Assembly: GCF_009914755.1 (NCBI RefSeq)
Contig: NC_060928.1
DNA length: 64,000 nucleotides
Strand: one strand, 5' to 3'
Source of the DNA: the human T2T-CHM13v2.0 reference genome, Homo sapiens
This document shows, in pieces, positions 1 through 64,000 of the stretch. The notes below the pieces were generated by a model, which was given only the letters and a program-made list of their open reading frames with translations, did not search any database and was not told the origin of the DNA. The first letter of the stretch is position 1. Every line of letters starts with the position of its first letter. Position numbers and translations under genes: made by a program.

Positions 1-27
1 AATGGGATGGTTGTTAAGAGAAAATAC

Positions 28-59006
<58,979 letters not shown>

Positions 59007-59518
59007 CTATTATATTATTTTCACACCAATATGGACACACCCAAAAGGAGAAACAAAGCAAAATTCAAGTTACTTAAAGCTATACTGTGTATGTTAACAA
59101 ATAACCTCCAAATGGTAGAGTAGACATATATATTGGCTGCCCAGCATCTTTTGAGAAATCACTCTTCTCCAGTTTTCTAATAATCTTATTCATTCCATGT
59201 GGTTCATAGGTACTTGATCCTGTGACCCTCTGGTGCCAGAAACGGGTCTTTGGCCTATGATGGGACAATTAGACTCTGTCATATCTCTGAAAGAACGTAT
59301 ATTCAAAGGTTGCTAAATTGGTAAGATGTGAGTCATAAGCTATTTAGCCACTTTTGTCACCACATACAGAAAAAGACTGCCCAAAATAAAGTCAACATAG
59401 AGGAGAACAGAGACACAGAAAGAGAAGGGGACAGAGTCCTGATAAAATTATTTTTAACTCATTGACGCCAGTAGTGCCAGAAGCTAGCACCATCTCTATG
59501 ATTTGGGAAATGTCTACA

Positions 59519-60153
59519 TTTTATTTTTTTTAATTTATATATATTTCTTTTCGAGACAGGGTCTTATTCTGTCACCCAAGCTGGAGTACGGTGGCATGAT
59601 CATAGCTCACTGCAGTCATGAACTCTTGGGCTCAAGTGATCCGCCCAACTCAGCCTCCCAGTAGCTGGAATTATAGGCTCACACCACCACACTAGGCTGA
59701 TTTTTCTCTCTCTCTTTTTTTTTTTTTTTAGACAGGGTCTTGCTCTGTTACCCAGGCTGGGTGCATGCCACGATTACAGTTTACTGCAGCCTCAGCGTCC
59801 TGGGTTCAAAATCTTCCTGCCTCAGGCTCCCAAGTAGCTGGGACTACAGGTGTGCACTACCATGCTTGGCTAATTATTTTACTTTTTGGAGGAATCAGGG
59901 TCCCACTACATTGCCCAGGCTGGTCTCGAACTCCTGGGCATAAGGAATCCTCCGGCCTCAGCATGCCAAAGTACTGGGATTATAGGTGTGAGCCACCGCA
60001 GCAGGACACCCAGCTAATTTTTAAACTTTCTTGTAGAGGTAGAGTCTCATTTATGTTGTGTAGGGTAGTTTAGATCTCCTAGTCTCAAGTGATCCTCCCA
60101 CTTCAGCCTCCCAAAGTGCTCCCAATTACAGGTGTAAACTACTTCATCGGGCC
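59519..60153 (-). mobile_element. Nested AluJ-in-AluJ
   Basis: Right arm (59519-59700), then a complete Alu (~59702-60003), then a left arm (~60005-60153). Confidence 0.82.
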
Positions 60154-60456
60154 AATGTCTATTTTTGCTTAAGAATGTTTACTGGGCTATCATCTGTGAA
60201 CAAAATATGGCCTAAAAAGGCATTCTAGACTATATATAAAAGATAAGCTATAAATGAGTTATGTCTACAACTTATCACATATACTTAAAATCATCTGAAA
60301 GTACTAATCTGAAAACCATTCAGAACTGCAAAATTAAAAAAAAAATTCAAAAGCAGAGATGGTTAGTAACCATCTATATGAAACCTAACTGTTGCTCTTT
60401 CAGATATCCCTATAAAGCATGCAGCATTCTTACCCCTAACCTTTATTATTTTAATT

Positions 60457-61145
60457 CAGTGGTGCTTAATCCAAGCTGCCCATCAGCATCACTTGTGGTG
60501 CTTTTTTGTTTTGTTTTTGTTTTTGTTTTTGTTTTAAGATAGGATCTCACCTGGTTGCCCAAGCTGAAGTACAGTGGCATGATCATGGTTCACTGCAGCC
60601 TCGACCTCCCGGGCTCAAGTGATCCCCCACTTTGGCCTCTTAAGCACCTGCGACCACAGGCGCATGTCACCATGCCTGGCTAATTGCTTTTTTTTTTTTT
60701 TTTGTTAGAGACAGGGTCTCACTATGTTGCCCAAGCTGGTCTTGAACTCCTAGTTTAAGTGATCCACATGCCTTGGCCTCCCAAAGGGCTAGGTTTACAC
60801 GTGTGATCCAGCCCCCTGTAGTGGTTTTCAAATATATAGATGCTGAGGTTTTCTACATCTGGGGATCCAATTCAGTAAGTAGAAAGCAGGGCCTGGCACC
60901 TACATATTTTAAAGGCTCTAAGGCAATTCTGATAAACAGCTAGGATTAAAAACCTTTACCTCTAATGTTATGATGGATATTACAGAACCCTGCTATCCAA
61001 CATGTGGTCCACTGAATAGAAGCACTGCTATCGCTTGGGAGCTTGTCAGAAATGCAGAATCTCAGGCCCTACGATGTACTGATCCAAAACCTGCATTTTA
61101 AAAAAGATCCCCATATGATTCCAATGCACATTAAAGAAAGGCTAT
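60457..61145. mobile_element. MER5-type hAT fossils; the first is split by an antisense AluJ (~60503-60815)
   Basis: CAGTGGTGCTTAA...; AGAAATGCAGAATCTCAGGCCC...CTGCATTTTAA...GATCCCC MER5A motifs. Confidence 0.72.
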
Positions 61146-62177
61146 TATAGGTTTTACAACAAACTAGTTAACTAAGAAACAAAAAGGACCACTCACTTGG
61201 TAATAAATATATCTGCACAGATAAGTATGTAACAGTGAAAGGTGTTCAATAATATCACATAAGTTTCATGTTTAAAGTTTTGAAAGTGTATACTTTTACA
61301 GTGCACTTTATAATAAAATAGGCAGCCTAGATTAAGCACCGAGTTAGAATAAAAAGGTTAGGGGTAAGCATGCTTTATAGCGATATCTGCAAAAGCAACA
61401 ATTAGGTTTCATACAGGTGGTTATTAACCATCTCTGCCTTTAAAATATTTTTTTTCTGTTGCCGTCCTGAATGATTTTTAGATTAGTACTTTTAGATATA
61501 TTTTTATGCTTTTCTTTAATAAAAAAACTAACATAGCAAATGTTATATCTCACAAAACCAAAAATAAATCTGCCAAGAAGCCTTTATGATTATAGCCATA
61601 AAAAAATGTTCAGAGTAGTCAAATTTCATATCTGCTACAGTTAAGATGTATAAAGAATAAAAACTGTCTTGGTCTGATAAGACTGATACCTACTGTATAA
61701 TTTATGTCACTAATATTAAAAGTCATACTATATTCTGAATCTACTACAATATTTAATAGATCATCTTTCGGTTAAATATATGAAGGCACTATTGAGATCA
61801 ACATCACAGAAGAATTTCCACATGAAAAAAATTAGCTCCAATTTTTCAGCCATCTGAGATCACTATATAACAAATATTTGTCAGTGATAGCAACAGCAAC
61901 TAGGCAAGAGGACAGATCTGGCTCAGTAAAAACTAACCACTGTTTTAAAAAAATCTCACTTTAAATCTTTATGAACTTCTTGTATCTTCATAAGTAAAGA
62001 TAACTATTTTAATAAATGTAACTAGGAAGAAACCAAAGACATAGATGGTAACCTTTCAAATTAATTAGCAGTAATCAAAAATTAATTTATTCTAGCTACC
62101 CTGAATTATGGTGATTCTTTTTTTTCTGGTCTTATCCAGCTATTGAATATTAAAGTGAAGATCGAAAAACAGAAAAG

Positions 62178-62505
<328 letters not shown>

Positions 62506-63189
62506 TTAATCAATTGAACAACAAAACCATAGAAATTCAGATAGAGGGCACATTAAAATATTATTTATATTATTATTTTATAATAAAATTATTAATATTA
62601 CTAACACTATTAAACTTATTAAATATTATCTGATTTTAAGATAATTGAATGCGTAATTATGTTCCTCTCAGAACTTACTCAGAGGGCTAAAATGCAAGAG
62701 AAATTCCATCTATGGTAAAACTAGGAAAAATCTGTATATAAGCTGAATATATAAGCTAAAATGTATAAAGACAAAGTAAACCAGAGAACTAACTAACTTA
62801 TAGAACAGAATAAACTGAAACACCACTATCAAAAGAGAAACAGACCATTAGCCCAACAGGAGTCAGGTATGAGATGTACCAGATACAGGGGTGAGGCTTT
62901 GGTTAGAAAAAAGGGAGACCAGCTGAACACTTGTGAGGAGTAATCAGACACAAGTTTTCATTGCCAAACTAAACAGCCAGGTGATTATTCTCTAAAGAAA
63001 CCAAACTAGAAAGGCCCTGGACTAGGAGACATCAGGTATACAGGAGGATGACATGAAGTACTACATAAAAGCATTAAGTGAAAGTTTACATGATAAGTAG
63101 TGAAATCCTCAGCCCCATTCCCACTGTCAGCTCCCACTGTCAGAATTATGGTAGCTGGGTTAATTATTCAGAAGACAAACACTGGCAGG

Positions 63190-63777
63190 TGTGTGTCTAA
63201 TAAAATGATCCTAAGGTTACCCGTCCCTGATGTACACATCCTACAACCTTGGGACTGTGAATTTGACAGATTTTACTCCCAAAATTAAGTTACGTTATAT
63301 AGCATTGTTGACCTAAAGACAGCGAGGTTATCCTGGTGGGCCTGACCCAATCAAATGAGCTTGTGAAAGGCAGAGATTTCTTTGGCTGGTTGGAGATAAG
63401 GAAGTCAGAGATTAAAAGCACAAGAAGGATTCTACTTGCCACTGCTGACTTAAAGATGGAGGGTGCCACATGTCAAAGAATGTGGGCAACCTTATGGAGA
63501 TGACAGCCCATAAAAAAAATCAGGATCTTGGTTCTACAATTGCAAGGAACTAAATTCTGCTACCAATAACAATAAATTTGGAAGTAAATGTTCACCCACA
63601 GCCTACAGATAAGGAACATAGGATAGCTGATATCAGCCTTGAGACCATAAGCAAGAGAATCCAGCCACACTGTCCCCAGATGTCTGGCTCACAGAAATTT
63701 AAGAGATAATAAGTGGGCGTTGTTTCACACCACTATATTTATAGTAAATTGTTATGCTGCAATAGAAAACTAATCCA
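63190..63777 (+). mobile_element. MLT1 (E/F-like) MaLR solo LTR
   Basis: GGTTATCCTGGTGGGCCTGACCCAATCA...GCAAGGAACTAAATTCTGC...GCAATAGAAAACTAAT. Confidence 0.8.
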
Positions 63778-64000
63778 TGCTGTACAGTGAAATGAACCAA
63801 CAAAACATGCATCCAGACTTTCCAATTTAGCTTTTTATGGCATTGCTATAGACTAAAAACAGAACCCAAGGATCACCAGACATCTGAAGAAAATCTTAAA
63901 TATGAAAAGCCAACCAAAGTATTGAAAATGAGACTGAAATTTTATAATGCCAAAATTATAAAGCTTTGGGGAAGGAGAATAGGGACAAGTGGTACAGAGA

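Overview
This is a primate (almost certainly human: it carries an AluYa5) genomic window lying entirely inside one minus-strand multi-exon gene, ANKRD17 (MASK2/GTAR). I traced 23 coding exons from 59006 down to 28. Together they make 4026 nt, with every junction phase-compatible and the reading frame open. They encode the N-terminal ankyrin-repeat block, a Gln-rich/coiled-coil linker, the second ankyrin block and a Lys/Arg-rich basic segment. The 5' exons and the KH-domain-encoding 3' exons lie outside the window. Exon numbers 3-25 come from my recollection of the reference transcript. The introns hold many Alus, L2/MIR/L1 remnants, MaLR LTRs, DNA-transposon fossils, a Y4 RNA retrocopy and a tailless U6 retrocopy. 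There is no prokaryote-type system here. The best leads concern RNA processing: (i) inverted-Alu-bracketed exon blocks (17-22 and 6-11) whose back-spliced circles would carry stop-less ankyrin-repeat ORFs; (ii) three candidate unannotated small exons (a 24-nt in-frame microexon and two stop-containing 'poison' exons); (iii) a GC-AG intron, tandem acceptors and a 753-nt symmetric cassette exon in an Alu-free zone. The circles and candidate exons are hypotheses from sequence alone.
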